Notes: generated by a model not told the origin, from the letters alone. Counted from the first letter of the stretch, positions 46,693-59,372 are shown. The stretch: 64,000 nucleotides of DNA from Sphyrna mokarran (GCA_024679065.1 JAGIQG010000024.1:2976001-3040000), one strand, 5' to 3'. A program made the numbers and translations.

Positions 46693-49600
46693 AGAACATA
46701 GAACATAGAACATTACAGCGCAGAACAGGCCCTTCGGCCTTCGATGTTGCGCCGACCATTATAAAGAGCAATGACCCTCCAAACTAAACCATTCCCTTCT
46801 CTTCCATAAACTTATCAACTAACCTCTTAAACGCCACCAAACTTGGCGCATCTACAACTGCCGCAGGCAGGGCATTCCACTCCCTAACCACCCTCTGGGT
46901 AAAGAACCTACCTCTGATATCCGTCCTATAACTATCACCCCTTAATTTAAAGCTGTGTCCCCTCGTGCTAGCTTTCTCCATCCTAGGAAAAAGGCTATCA
47001 CTGTCCACCCTATCTAAACCTCTAATCATCTTATATGCTTCGATAAGGTCCCCTCTTAGCCGCCTCCTTTCTAATGAAAACAACCTCAAATCCCTCAGCC
47101 TCTCTTCATAAGACCTGCCCTCCATACCAGGCAACATCCTGGTAAACCTCCTCTGTACCCTCTCCAATGCCTCCACATCTTTCTTATAATGTGGGGACCA
47201 GAACTGCACACAATACTCCAAGTGCGGCCGCACTAGAGTTTTGTACAGTTGCAACATGACGTTGCGGTTCCGAAATTCAATCCCCCTACCAATAAAAGCT
47301 AAGACTCCATATGCCTTCTTAACAACCTTATCGACTTGACTGCCTACTTTCAGGGATCTATGCACAAATACACCAAGATCCCTCTGTTCATCAACACTAT
47401 TAAGAATCCTACCATTAGCCCTATACTCTACACATTTATTATTCCTGCCAAAGTGCATTACCTCACACTTTTCCACATTAAACTCCATTTGCCACCTCTC
47501 GGCCCAGCTCTGCAACTTGTCCAAGTCCCTCTGCAAACTATAACACCCCTCTTCACTATCTACCACTCCACCGACTTTAGTGTCATCTGCAAATTTACTA
47601 ATCCATCCTTCAATACCCTCATCCAGATCATTTATAAAAATTACAAACAGCAGGGGCCCCAAAACAGACCCCTGAGGCACACCACTTGTCACCGAACTCC
47701 ACGATGAATATCTCCCATCAACCACCACCCTCTGTTTTCTATCTGCTAGCCAATTCCTAATCCAATTAGCTAAATCACCCTCAATCCCATACATCTGCAT
47801 TTTCTGCAGAAGCCTTCCATGGGCCACCTTATCAAACGCCTTACTAAAGTCCATATATACCACATCAACTGCCTTACCCCCATCCACCTCTTTGGTCACT
47901 TTTTCAAAAAACTCAATAAGGTTAGTAAGGCACGACCTACCCTTCACAAAACCATGCTGACTATCCCCAATCAATTCATTTCTCTCTAAATAACTATAAA
48001 TCCTATCCCTAATAATTCTCTCCAATACTTTGCCCACAACAGAAGTAAGACTCACTGGCCTATAATTCCCTGGAAGGTCTCTCTTCCCCTTCTTGAACAA
48101 TGGGACCACATTCGCTATCCTCCAGTCCTCCGGAACCACACCCGTAACCAACGAGGACCTGAAGATCAGAGCCAGAGGCTCTGCAATCTCCTCTCTTGCC
48201 TCCCAGAGAATCCTAGGGTAAATCCCGTCCGGCCCAAGGGACTTATCCAACTTCAAACCCTCAAGAATATCTAGCACATCCTCCCTATCTATTTCAATAC
48301 TTTCCAGTTTGCAACCCTGTACCTCAGTGTTCTCCACAAATACATTTACATCTCCCTGCGTGAATACCGAAGAGAAATATTTATTCAGTGCCTCTCCAAT
48401 CTCTTCAGGCTCCACGCACAACTTCCCACTGCTGTCTATGACTGGCCCTAATCTTGGCCTAACCAATCTTCTACTCTTAACATATCTAAAGAAAGCTTTA
48501 GGATTCTCCTTAATCCTATCAGCCAAAGTCTTCTCGTGTCCCCTCTTTGCTCTCCTCAACTCACTCTTTAGCTCCCTCCTGGCTAATCTATAGCTGTCAT
48601 CAATGTATCTAGTATATAACCTTGGTTGGAGATCTCGTGTGGTGAAGAAGTCTTGTTCGAACCTGTGCATGAAGATGTTGGCATACTGAGGTGAGAATTT
48701 GGTCCCCATGGCTGTTCCGTGTGTCAGGATGAAAAGCTGATTGTTGAAGGTGAAGACATTGTGGTCCAAGATGAAGCGGATGAGTTGTAAAATTGCATTC
48801 GGAAACTGGCAGTTGTTGGCATTGAGTACTGAGGCAGTTGCAGCAATACCATCGTCGTGGGGGATGTTGGTGTAGAGCGCCGAGACATCCATTGTGACAA
48901 GGAGTGTCCCTGGTTCTACTGCTCCATGTGTGCTGAGTTTCTGTAGGAAGTCCGTAGTGTCAAGACAAAAGCTGGGGGTTCTTTGTACAATGGGTTTCAG
49001 GATGCCCTCGATATAGCCAGAGAGGTTCTCACACAGGGTCCCATTGCCAGATACGATGGGACGGCTGGGTATGTTTGCCTTGTGTATCTTTGGGAGGCAG
49101 TAGAGATCTCCAATGCTGGGAGTACGTGGAATGAGAGCCCGGAGGGTGTTCTGAAGGTCCGGATCAAGGGTTTCGATCAGAGTGTTGAGTTGACAAGTGT
49201 GTTCTTTGGTCGGATCTGCTGGTAACTGTCTGTAGTGTTTCTCATTGTTTAGTTGTCGGTACACTTCTTCACAGTAGTCCGTTCTGTTCAGTATGACGGT
49301 GGCGCCTCCTTTGTCTGCTGGTTTGATGACAATGTTGCGGTTGGTCTTGAGAGCACGGATGGCCTTGCGTTGTGCTTGGGTGATGTTCGGGACTGTCTTG
49401 TAAGTGCGGTTGATAAATCTGGTGTTCACGCACCTCCTGATGGCTTGGGCATACATGTCCAGTCGGGGGCAGCGGCCTTCCAGAGGAGTCCAATTGGATT
49501 CATTCCTCTTCGGTTGCTGCACTGCGGATCCCTCTGTCGGCTGTTCTGGTTCATTCGCTGTCTCATTGAGTCCACTATTGGCCTCTTGGGGTTTGTGGAA

Positions 49601-50987
49601 GAACTCTCACAGCCTCATTCTCCTGATGAATTCCTCTGTATCTGCTGCGAGACTGATGGGGTCCATTTTGGTGGTGGGACAGAAATTGAGCCCTCGGCTG
49701 AGAACTTCGATTTCCTCTGATTGAAGTGTGTAGTCTGACAGGTTAACAATGGACCTCCCTGCGGTAGTGTTGTTTTCTACTGTGGTGCCAAGGGAGGTTT
49801 GGTTGTTGCTGGTGGCGATGCCGAGTTTTTCAAGTTTCCTGTTCTTGGTGTGCATGTAAATGGTGTAGTTTCTTTGTCTCATCTGCTTGGCAAAGTTTCG
49901 CAGCTGGTCTGCGTCCTGAGTGCAAGTTGAGAATATGTATTCCATTTTACTTTCCAGGGTGCGGCGTTTGCTATAGAGCTGGTGTATGAGGTGATTGAGG
50001 AGTGTGAGAGAGGTGCGACGGCAAAGCCTCTCAGCGTAGTCCATGTTATAGGTTGATCTGAGTGGGTTCGTGATCTGTAGTCCCTTTGGTATCCTGTCTG
50101 CTTTCTTGCATCTCTGTAGAAACTTGATGTCTGTGTCGATATGTGAAATCCTCTTGGAGATCCTCTCCACTTGGATCCGGCAGTATGCGGTGTCGATAGT
50201 AGTCATGATGTAAAGATGCCTCTTTACATCATAATCTATAGCTATCTATTGCACTAACCGAGCCTTCAAGCCTCATCCTGACATAAGCCTCCTTTTTCCT
50301 TTTAACCAGTGAATCAACTTTTTTCGTACACCAAGGTTCCCTTACTCGACCATTTCCTCCTTGCCTGACAGGGACATACTTATCAAGGACTCGCAGCAGC
50401 TGCTCCTTGAATAAGCTCCACATTCCAGATGTTCCCAGTCCCTGTAGCTTCCTAGTCCAATCTATGCACCCTAATTCTCTCCTGATGGCCTCATAATTAC
50501 CCTTCCCCCAGCTATAACTACTGCCCCCCGCTTCATGCCTATCCCTATCCATCACTAGGGTGAACGTAACCGAATTGTGGTCACTATCACCAAAATGTTC
50601 ACTAACTTCCAAGCCTAACACCTGGTCTGGCTCATTGCCCAGCACCAAATCCAATGTAGCCTCACCTCTAGTTGGCCTATCTACATGCTGAGTCAAAAAA
50701 CCTTCCTGCACACTTTGTACGAAAACTGACCCCTCTAACGAGCTAGAGCTATAGCTATTCCAATCAATATTAGTAAAATTAAAGTCCCCCATAACAATTA
50801 CCCTATTACTTTCACTCCTGTCCAGGATCGACTTTGCAATCCTTTCCTCTACCTCTCTAGAACTTTTAGGAGGTCTATAAAAGACTCCCAACAGGGTGAT
50901 CTCTCCTCTCCTGTTTCTAATCTCAGCCCATACTACCTCAACAGACAAGTCCTCATCAAACTATCTCAACAGACAAGTCCTCATCAA
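46693..50987 (-). mobile_element. Young 5'-truncated CR1 (partial APE + intact RT) interrupted by a Penelope element
   Basis: ORF 50229-50948 and the C-terminal part of ORF 46784-49522 are stop-free; (tatgttc)n tail; short TSD attt. Confidence 0.97.
48596..50231 (-). mobile_element. Penelope-like retroelement: ORF N-terminus through RT motif YIDD; no GIY-YIG part
   Basis: FLQRCK..RIPKGL, LSRGLNFCP, IKPADKG, LPKIHK, RPIVS, TMDVSALYTNIP, GTAMGT, RYIDD; 12-bp TSD taatctatagct at 48584-48595 and 50232-50243. Confidence 0.95.
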
Positions 50988-51699
50988 TTTGACGTTGTCT
51001 TAAGTTTCCTTTGTACTTCTTGTTTTTGTTTGGGCTGTTCCCCTTTCCTTTTGGGGAACTGCCCTTTTCACTTTGTCCTAATGTGATTTGAATTTGTTTA
51101 CTTGGTTTGACCTAAAAGGACCCCCCCGCCCCCACCCTACTGCTCTCTTCGGAATTTGGTCATGGTTTAGACACCACCTGTCCTGCGCATGGCAGAGTTT
51201 TCAGGTCACACACTGGGTGTAATCACCATCATTGAACCCATCAAACCAGAGTGAGTCATATCATGCTCGATCCTGTGAGACTGCCTAAAGTGGATGGATA
51301 AACTGAATCTCAGAGTAACATTGAGTGCAATGCTTGTAAGAATGCTGCCATTCTCTCAGCTTCTCTCTGTGGCATCTGTTCAGAAGTGTAACTTTCTGTG
51401 CCAATGTTTTCTCAACCGAATGTTCTTACCCACACCTGCCGTTACACCGCTACCCCTGCCCATTCAACAGAAACATTTAACCCACGCTCACATCCACAGT
51501 CAGACCCAACCACATCAGTTTAAAGCTTGTTTTTAAGCAAGTTCACCAACTTACAGTTGGTGATTTATTATGGCAACACAGCAAGTTCAGCACGTGACCC
51601 AGATTTTAGAATCGATTTTTATATTTATTTGAGCCAGAAATAATAAAATATCATCTCAATTTTTAATGTATTTAGTTATAGAAACAGTGACCTGAGTAA

Positions 51700-52572
51700 T
51701 ATTTGATTTGTTTTGATGTATTATTGTTACATATATTAGTATACAGTGAAAAGTATTGTTTCTTGCACACTATACAGACAAAGCATACTATTCATAGAGA
51801 AAGAAATGAGAGAGTGCAGAATGTAGGGTGTGGAGAAAGATCAACTTAATGCAGGGTAGGTCCATTCAAAAGTCTGATGGCAGCAAGAAAGAAGTTGCTC
51901 TTGATGCATTTGTTGATACGTGACCTCAGAATTTGAATCTTTTTCCCAACAGAAGAAGGTGGAAGAGAGATTGTCCGGGTTGCATGGGGTCCTTGATTAT
52001 ACAGGTTGTTTTGCTGAGTTGGCGATAAGTGTAGACAGAGTCAATGATGGGAAGCTGCATGATCGATTGGGTTACATTCACGACCTTTTGTAGTTTCTCA
52101 CGGTCTTGGGCAGAGCAGGAGCCATACCAAGCTGCGATATAATCAGAAAGAATGCTTTCTATGGTGCATCTGTAAAAGTTGGAGACAGTTGTAACTGACA
52201 TGCAAATTTCCTTGGTCTTCTTGGAAAGTAGAGGTGTTGGTGGACTTTCTTAGCTATAGTGTTGGTTGGGAGGGGGTCCAGGACTGGTTGATCTGGTTGA
52301 TCTAAAAATTTGAAGATTCCGATCATTTCTACTTCAACCCCATTGATGTAGACAGGGGCATGTTCTCCTCTATGCTTCCTGAAGTTGATGACAATCTCCT
52401 TCATTTTGTTGACATTGAGGGAGAGATTATTATTCCCTGTATCTTTTCTGTACTCTGTCTCATTATTGTTTCAAATCCAACCCATTATGGTGGTGTCATC
52501 AGTAAACTTGAAAATTGAATTGGGGGGGAATTTAGCCACACAGCCATAGGTGTAGAAGCAGGATAGCAGGAG
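51700..52572 (-). mobile_element. Rex1/Babar-type LINE 3' fragment
   Basis: KFTDDTTIMGWI; NFYRCTIESILSDYIAAWYGSCSAQDREKLQKVV. Confidence 0.9.
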
Positions 52573-53589
52573 GAGGGTAAGGGTGGGGATAGAAGACATG
52601 CATTGACAGAAATCGCACTGGCATGAAGCTATCCCACAACATACCAAGCAGTCACACTGAAATAAAACTCTGAAGATCTCATTAATGAGGCCAACGGGTA
52701 GCCCCCGAAACTGATCCCTCCTCCTTCCCATCTTTGAACTATCTGAGATTAAAATTCAGGCTTCCTGATTCCATCCTGTTTCCCATACCAAACAAATTAT
52801 GGTGCCACCACCATATTATTAGGGTCAGCAGGCTTTGTAACAGTATCATGCTATACTTTCATGAAATTATATGACTAATTTGTAATTCTTTCCCATCCTT
52901 GTACTTAATTCTTGTCATGTCCTTGCTCCTTCCAATCTATACAGTGATACCAAACCCTCACCCCCAATTCTCTGAGCATCAGCAGCCAGTCTCCCAGACT
53001 CCATGCTATGGAATTCCATCCCTAATCCAATCCTACTTTCAACTCCCATCCCCCTGTATGACCCTTTTTAAAACACAGAGCTTATCAAAGTTTTTGGTTA
53101 ATGTTAACTTCTCTAGCTCATGTCTATGTGCCTCTGTAGCTACCTTTGTGACTTGTGTTGGAATGTTTATCCTTATTGAAGGCCTGATATACTGGTTCCT
53201 GTTGTACCAGTTTGTGTTGTTTAGTGTCTCACTGCATTGGATGATCCATTTTAGCTAGCCTAACCAATAGGACTCAGACTGGGCAAAAGATATCCCATTT
53301 TGCTCTGTTCCTGTTTATTTTCTGTTGACTTAACAAATTTCCAGACCATCTCACTGCCCTGTTTTAGATAAATGCTGTCAGGCCAAGAACAAACATTCCT
53401 CTCAAATCACCTGACAAGATTAAAGAAAATAGCTGGTCTGCTTTAGACACGTGTACATCAGAAATGACGCAAACTTGAAAATTTGCATGTATAAAGGTCA
53501 GCGTTGAAGTAATTCCAACCCACAATCTACCTTCCCGAACAGAATCAGGGGACATTGATATAAAATAAGGGTCCCCTATTTAAGGCAGA

Positions 53590-55140
53590 CATGAAGTTGT
53601 AAGTTCCCTGGACTGGTATTATGCATTCTCAGAGTTTTGAAAGAGGTTGCTAGAGGTAGTAGATGCATTGACAATCATCTTCCAAAATTCTGGAATGGTT
53701 CCTGAAGATTGGAAGATAGCAAATGTCACGTCACTATTTAAGGGAGGGAAAGAGAAAACAGAGAATTACAGAGTTATATCAGTAGTTAGGGAAATGCTGG
53801 AATCTTTATAAAGGATGTGATAGGTAGATACTTGGATAATCATGATCTGATTGGGTATAGTCAGCATTGACTTACAAATAGGAAATTATGTTTAACTTGT
53901 TGTAAGGTTTTACTAAATAATCTGACAGAGGAGAGTCGACGGATTGATTTCCAGAAAGCTTTTGATAAAGGTCCCACAAGACCTGATTAGTAAAATAAAA
54001 GCACATGGAATAGGGGGTAAGATACTGACATGGAGTGAGGATAGGCTAACAGGCAGAAAAGAGAGAGTAAGAATAAATGGGTCATTCTTGCATGAGCAGG
54101 CTGTGGTGAATGGGGTACTGCAGGGATCAGTACTAGAGTCCCAGCTGTTCACAATATATATCAATGATTTGGATGTGGGAACCAAATGTAATATTTCCAA
54201 GTTCACGGATGATATAAAGCTTGGCAGGAATGTATGGTGTGAGGAAGATGTAAAACAGGTACAGGAGGATTTGGACAGACAAGAACATAGAAAATGAAAT
54301 ATACTACGGAAAGGTGTAAAGTAATCCATTTTGGTAAAAGAAACAGATGTACTTCCTAAATGGTTAGAAATTTAGAATATTAACCTTTTTCACAAGAGGA
54401 TTTGTGTACAGAAGTAGTGTGGTCTTGCTTCGATTGTATAGAAGCTTGGTTAGACCACACGTGGAATACCGAGTGCAGTTTTGGTCCCCTCACTCAAGAA
54501 GGTTCATTATCACCAGATAAGGAAGCGCAATGAGGATTCACCAGGTTAGTCCTGGGGATAACGGGACTATCTTATGAAGAGAGATTGGGCAATCTGGGCC
54601 TGTATTCTCTGGAGTTTTAAAGGTTAAGAGGTGATCTCATTGAAACCCACAAAATACTTTACGAAATAGACAGAGTTCTTGCAGATATTTCCGTAGGAGA
54701 GTCTAGAACCAGGGGAGAGGGAGGCACAATTTCAAAATAAGGGGGAAACAACTTAGGACTGTGATGAGGAGAAATTTCTTTACATAGAGAGTTGTAAATC
54801 TTTGGATTCTCTATCTCAGAGGGTTATGGGAGCTCAGCCACTGAATATGCTTAAGGTAGAGATTGATAGATTTCTGATTATCAATAATGTAAAAGGATTA
54901 GAGGGATTGTGGGCAGTATTACCCCCAGTCCCACATTAAACCTTGCTATTGCCAGATTTGTTTTATATCACACTCTCCCCTACTTTGTTTTCCTCTTTTG
55001 AGAGACTTCTCTATCCAAGCCAATATACTACATCCAATCATGGGCTCTTATCATAAAATTTAATCTTTTGTGAGATACCTTGTTGGAAGCCTTTGGAAGT
55101 CCAAATACAACCAACTACTGGGTCCCCTCTATCCACTCTG
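53590..55140. mobile_element. Degenerate CR1 (+, about 53590-54915) and a small - strand CR1 fragment
   Basis: ORF 53944-54297 GVLQGSVLESQLF...KFTDD. Confidence 0.8.
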
Positions 55141-55967
55141 GTTGAGACCAGAGGGTCTTCAGAAGGTGACATGATACTGTAGGAAGATTAACATCTGACT
55201 TTTTTTGAAAGCTGCAGGTGCCTTTCCTGAGAGACAAGCAGACATTCCTGATCTGAACATTCCAACACACTCCTGTTTAGTCTCCAACATTTCACTCTCT
55301 CTAAACATGACGTCCTCCAGAACAATACTTCCAGTGGGTTTGTTTGCATCAAGTTCAGTTCCTCAGTCACACCTCGTGCTTCCTAGTTTACGTATTAATC
55401 TATCACCTGATTTGTTCAAGTTCCACAAACACTTCCTATTCTAATTACGTGTTTTGATTATAATAAAGGAATTTCTGAATGATGTACTTACGAATTTGAT
55501 GTGACTGTGCTTGGAGTGGGGATTCCTGTCTGACAGCATTTTTAAATGGGCCTAACCAACCGAATATATAATAATGTATTGTTACAGGTAGATTATCATC
55601 CTGTTTAAGACTCTTCAGCACTCAGTATGTCCAATTTGCATTGACATAAATTGCCATGTGTAGAAACATCCCATCTCCCATTTAACCAATACATTCATTC
55701 TGGCTTTGTATTTCATGACCTGATTCTATCAAACTTTTCACTGGTGGAGATAGTCTCTGATTCAGCAAAAGGGGATGTTTACTGTAAATGATCCAACAGC
55801 TGTTCACAGTCCTATAGGAGTTGGGATGGTTTAAAAATAACTGGAAAAGTTCAAATATAAAGCATCATTGGGTTCTTGCTTATTATAGATTTAGGTTAGT
55901 TCTGGATAATTTTTTATGCAATATATATCCTCAAGACAAGACTATTCTCCAGCAGGGCAGACTCCTG

Positions 55968-56870
55968 TATAAAAGCAAATTACAGCGGATGCTGGAATCT
56001 GAACCCAAAAGAGAAAATAGTGGAAAATCTCAGCAAGTCTGGCAACATCTGTAAGGAGTGAAAAGAGTTAACGTTGAGTTAACGTTGGGTTTGTCAAAGT
56101 TAAAAGGCTTTGAAAGTGGGAGATATTTATACTGCAGGGTGAGGGAATGAAAGTTGAATCATAGCCATAGAAACTGGGGGAAAGGCTGCTAATGGCAGCC
56201 CATAGAGAGGATAAAGGACAAACAGCAAAGAATCTGAAATCAGAGGGTTAGCTATGACAGATGAAAATGACAGGGAAGGGGGTGGAATGGTGGTGGTGGG
56301 GGAAGGAGGGAGGACATGGATGGGAGAGAGATCGAATTTAGAAAAAGGTGGAGAGGGAAAGCAAAGGGTGAGAAAAGGTAAGGACGGGAGCGGGAGGGGG
56401 GAAGGAAAATGAAGGAAGACAATGAAAGATAGAGAACAGTAAAAAATTAAAAATAGAATGAAAACAAAGCAGTGGAGATGGGGCAGAGCTCATTATCTGA
56501 GGTTGTTGAACTCAATGTTAAGACAGGAAGACTGTAAAGTGCCGAGCCCAAAAATGAAATGGTGTTCCTCTGGTTTGCGTTGAGCTTCACTGAAACATTG
56601 CAGCAAGCCAAGGACAAACACCTGGGTATGGGAACAGGATCATTAATAAAAGGGCAAACAATGAGAAGGTCAGGGTCGTGTGTCAGGGTCTGTCACAACT
56701 TACTCTCTGATTTCAGCTTTTCTGCCATTTGGCCGTTCACTCCCTTTATTCTCTCTATGGGCTGCCATTAGCAGCCTTTCCCCTGGTTTCTGTGCCTATG
56801 ACTCACCTTCCATTCCCCCACTCTGCAGTATAAATATCTCCCACATTCTATGCCTTTTAGCTTTGACAAG
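55968..56870 (-). mobile_element. 5'-truncated Penelope (family 2): GIY-YIG C-terminus, 3' region/pLTR and inverted partial duplicate
   Basis: Minus strand VLGLLQCFSEAQRKPEEHHFIFGLGTLQSSCLNIEFNNLR* (about 56495-56615); 56090-56246 is inversely repeated at 56704-56869. Confidence 0.85.
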
Positions 56871-57174
56871 CACCATCTCTATAACAAGTCAGGTCATAAA
56901 TACCTAATTATCTGGAGACTATATTAGATAATTACACAATACCATGATGTAGTTTATTGAAAATATTGTAAGAATCGTTACCAGAGTGGAAGGAAAACAT
57001 TGAAAAATTCATATCAGCAAAACCCTCGCTATTTACTCTTTTTAAAAGAGCAGCCTCTATTTTGGGGGTTGGTTTCATTGTGAACCCTCGCCCAAGCGGT
57101 CAATATTCACAGGTGAGTGGGCTTTGAAAGAGATGAAAACAGCTATTCGACTGCATGGGGCATCACAGGGATTG

Positions 57175-57259
57175 GGACCAGGAAGTCATCGCCCGTGACG
57201 TCATCACCCGGAATCGCAGAAGCGCCGCCGGAAGTGCGTCAGCGCCGGGAGCGGGGTGA
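57175..57259 (+). promoter_or_regulatory. TATA-less CpG-island promoter
   Basis: ETS sites CAGGAAGT 57179-57186 and CCGGAAGT 57228-57235; full CRE TGACGTCA 57196-57203. Confidence 0.8.
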
Positions 57260-57465
57260 ATGGCGACGGCACAGGGCCGGGCACCGGGGCCGAGGAGGTG
57301 GGGTGGGGGGACCCGGGGGTGGGGGGTGGGGGTGGGTGGTCCCGGGACTGGGGTGGGGGGGGGGCGGCTGCTCCATGTCTTCGCCTTTGTTTCACTTTGG
57401 GGCTGGAGGCTGCAATTCTGGCTGTTACCGGGGGCGGCGCTGTTTGTGATGTCTGGGCATGTGCA
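57260..57465 (+). CDS. Putative first coding exon of an unidentified gene (Gly-rich N-terminus then hydrophobic segment)
   Basis: ATGGCG start just after the promoter; CA|gtaagt donor at 57466 pre-empts the stop. Confidence 0.45.
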
Positions 57466-58089
57466 GTAAGTGCTCCCCCTGGTGTTGCAGCCGGGGCTGT
57501 GCAGGACTGAGTCGTGGTGGTGAAGAGTTACCCTGCTGGATACTCAGCACTGAGTAATCATTACACTGAGACCCAGGCCAGAAACTTCAAGGTGTTTTAT
57601 AAAGTTAGCCTTCACCTTATATTCTTATCTTTGAATTTGGTACAGGTGAGCTTAAGGTGCTTCAGTCCAGGTATGATTCAAGTGACCCAGTTTTTTAGCT
57701 TTTATCAAATGGAAGTTTATTTATGAACAGTTGAAATGTAATAAAAAGAATTAGCATAATTTTTACCAATTACAAGAATTATACACAACACAGCATAAAC
57801 GTTAACAGCTATGATGTTCCAAGTCAAAGCACCCCACAAACATACAACCCTTTCTAGACTTAGCACAAAAAGCAAATATGCTCACGTGATGCTGCTTTTT
57901 GCAGTTTTTTAACATCTATGAATTGATCCTTTCACTTTGCAAAAGATCTGGACACTTCCCAGTCCTTCAGTAACAGAGAACATCAGCTGAAGATATTCTG
58001 GTGCCAAAATAAAATGTTTAGAGCTCTCCAGAAAAAAAACTGCAAAGGAACTTGATGAAAAGATATTTCTTACAGTGCTGGTATGGTCA

Positions 58090-59372
58090 CAATTGTCATG
58101 TGCTAAGATACAGTGAAAAGTATTGTTTTGGATGCTTTCCATTCAAATTATACCGTACAAAGATACATCAGGGGAGTAGAACAGAGTGCAGAATGTGATG
58201 TTACAGCTACAAAGAAGGCACAGAGAATATGAGTTCGGTATCAGAGATATCCGTTCAAAAGTCTGGACTCAGCGAGAAAAATGCTGTTCTTGAATGTATT
58301 GATTTGATATATATTGTTTCTTCGCTCTGTTGAGACAAAGCATACCATTCATAGAGAAGTAAAGGAGAGAATGCAGAATGTTGTGTTACAGTCATATCCA
58401 GGATATAGCGAAATATCAACTAAATTTGAAGTAGGTCCATTGAATTGTCTGACAGCAGCAGGGAAGAAGCTGTTCTTGAGTCAATTGGTATGTGTCATCG
58501 GACTTTTGCATCTTTTTCCTGACAGAAGAAGGTAGAAGAGTGTATCCGGGGTGCGTAAGGTCCTTGATTCTGCTGGCTGTTTTTCTGAAGCAGCAGGAAT
58601 TGTCGACAGAGTCAATGGATGGGAAGCTGCGTGATGGATTGGGCTCCATTCACAACCCTTTGCAGTTTTTTTATGGTGTTAGAGAGAGCAGAAGCCATAC
58701 CAAGCTGTGATACACCAGAAAGAATACTTTCTATCGTGCACCTATAAACATTGGTGGGAGTTGTAGCAGACATGTCAAATTTCCTGTGTCTTCTGAGAAA
58801 GTAGAGGCATTAGTGGGCTTTCTTAACTGTAGCACTGATGTAGAAGGACCAGGACAGGTTGTTGGTGATCTGGACACCTAAAAACTTGAAGCTCTCCATC
58901 TTTCCTACTTCATCCCACTGACGTAGAGAGGAGCAAGCCCTCCACTATTCTTCCTGAACAATGACAATCCCCTTCATTTTGTTGACTTTGAGGAAAAGAT
59001 TATTGTTGTTGCAACAGTTCACCAGATTCTTCATTTCCTGTACTCTGTCTCGTCATTGTTTGAGATCCGACCCACAACAATAGTGCCATTAGCGAACTTG
59101 AAAATTGAATTGGAGAGGAATTTGACCACACAAAGATGTGTGTGTAAGGTGTATCATAAGGGGCTGAGGACATAGCCTTGGGGCACTGATGTTGAGGATG
59201 ATTGTGGAGACAGTGTTGTTGCTTATCCTTACTGATTATGATTTGTAGGTTAGAAAGTTCCGAATCCAATTGTAGAGGGAGGAGTTGAGCCCCAGGCCAT
59301 GGACTTTGGAGATGAGTTTTATCAAATAGTGGTGTTGAAACCTGAGCTGTGGTCAATAAATAAGAGTCTGAC
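58090..59372 (-). mobile_element. Two adjacent Rex1/Babar-type fragments
   Basis: Same family as 28588 and 51700. Confidence 0.8.

Larger units (their letters stand above)
46432..51138 (+). mobile_element. 5'-truncated Tx1/L1-clade LINE 3' end (46432-46692 and 50987-51138), split by a CR1
   Basis: DLLVNLLLGLA...INRSRQR...DCLPL...VSLEREH...WAPQGL; 14-bp TSD actgctctcttcgg at 46418-46431 and 51139-51152. Confidence 0.75.

Noticed and set aside
46784-49522. A natural 912-aa single-element protein or domesticated gene
   Set aside because: The TSD shows it is a Penelope insertion into CR1; reported as a chimera instead
57515-58080. Possible solo LTR
   Set aside because: Could not define TG...CA ends or a TSD with confidence
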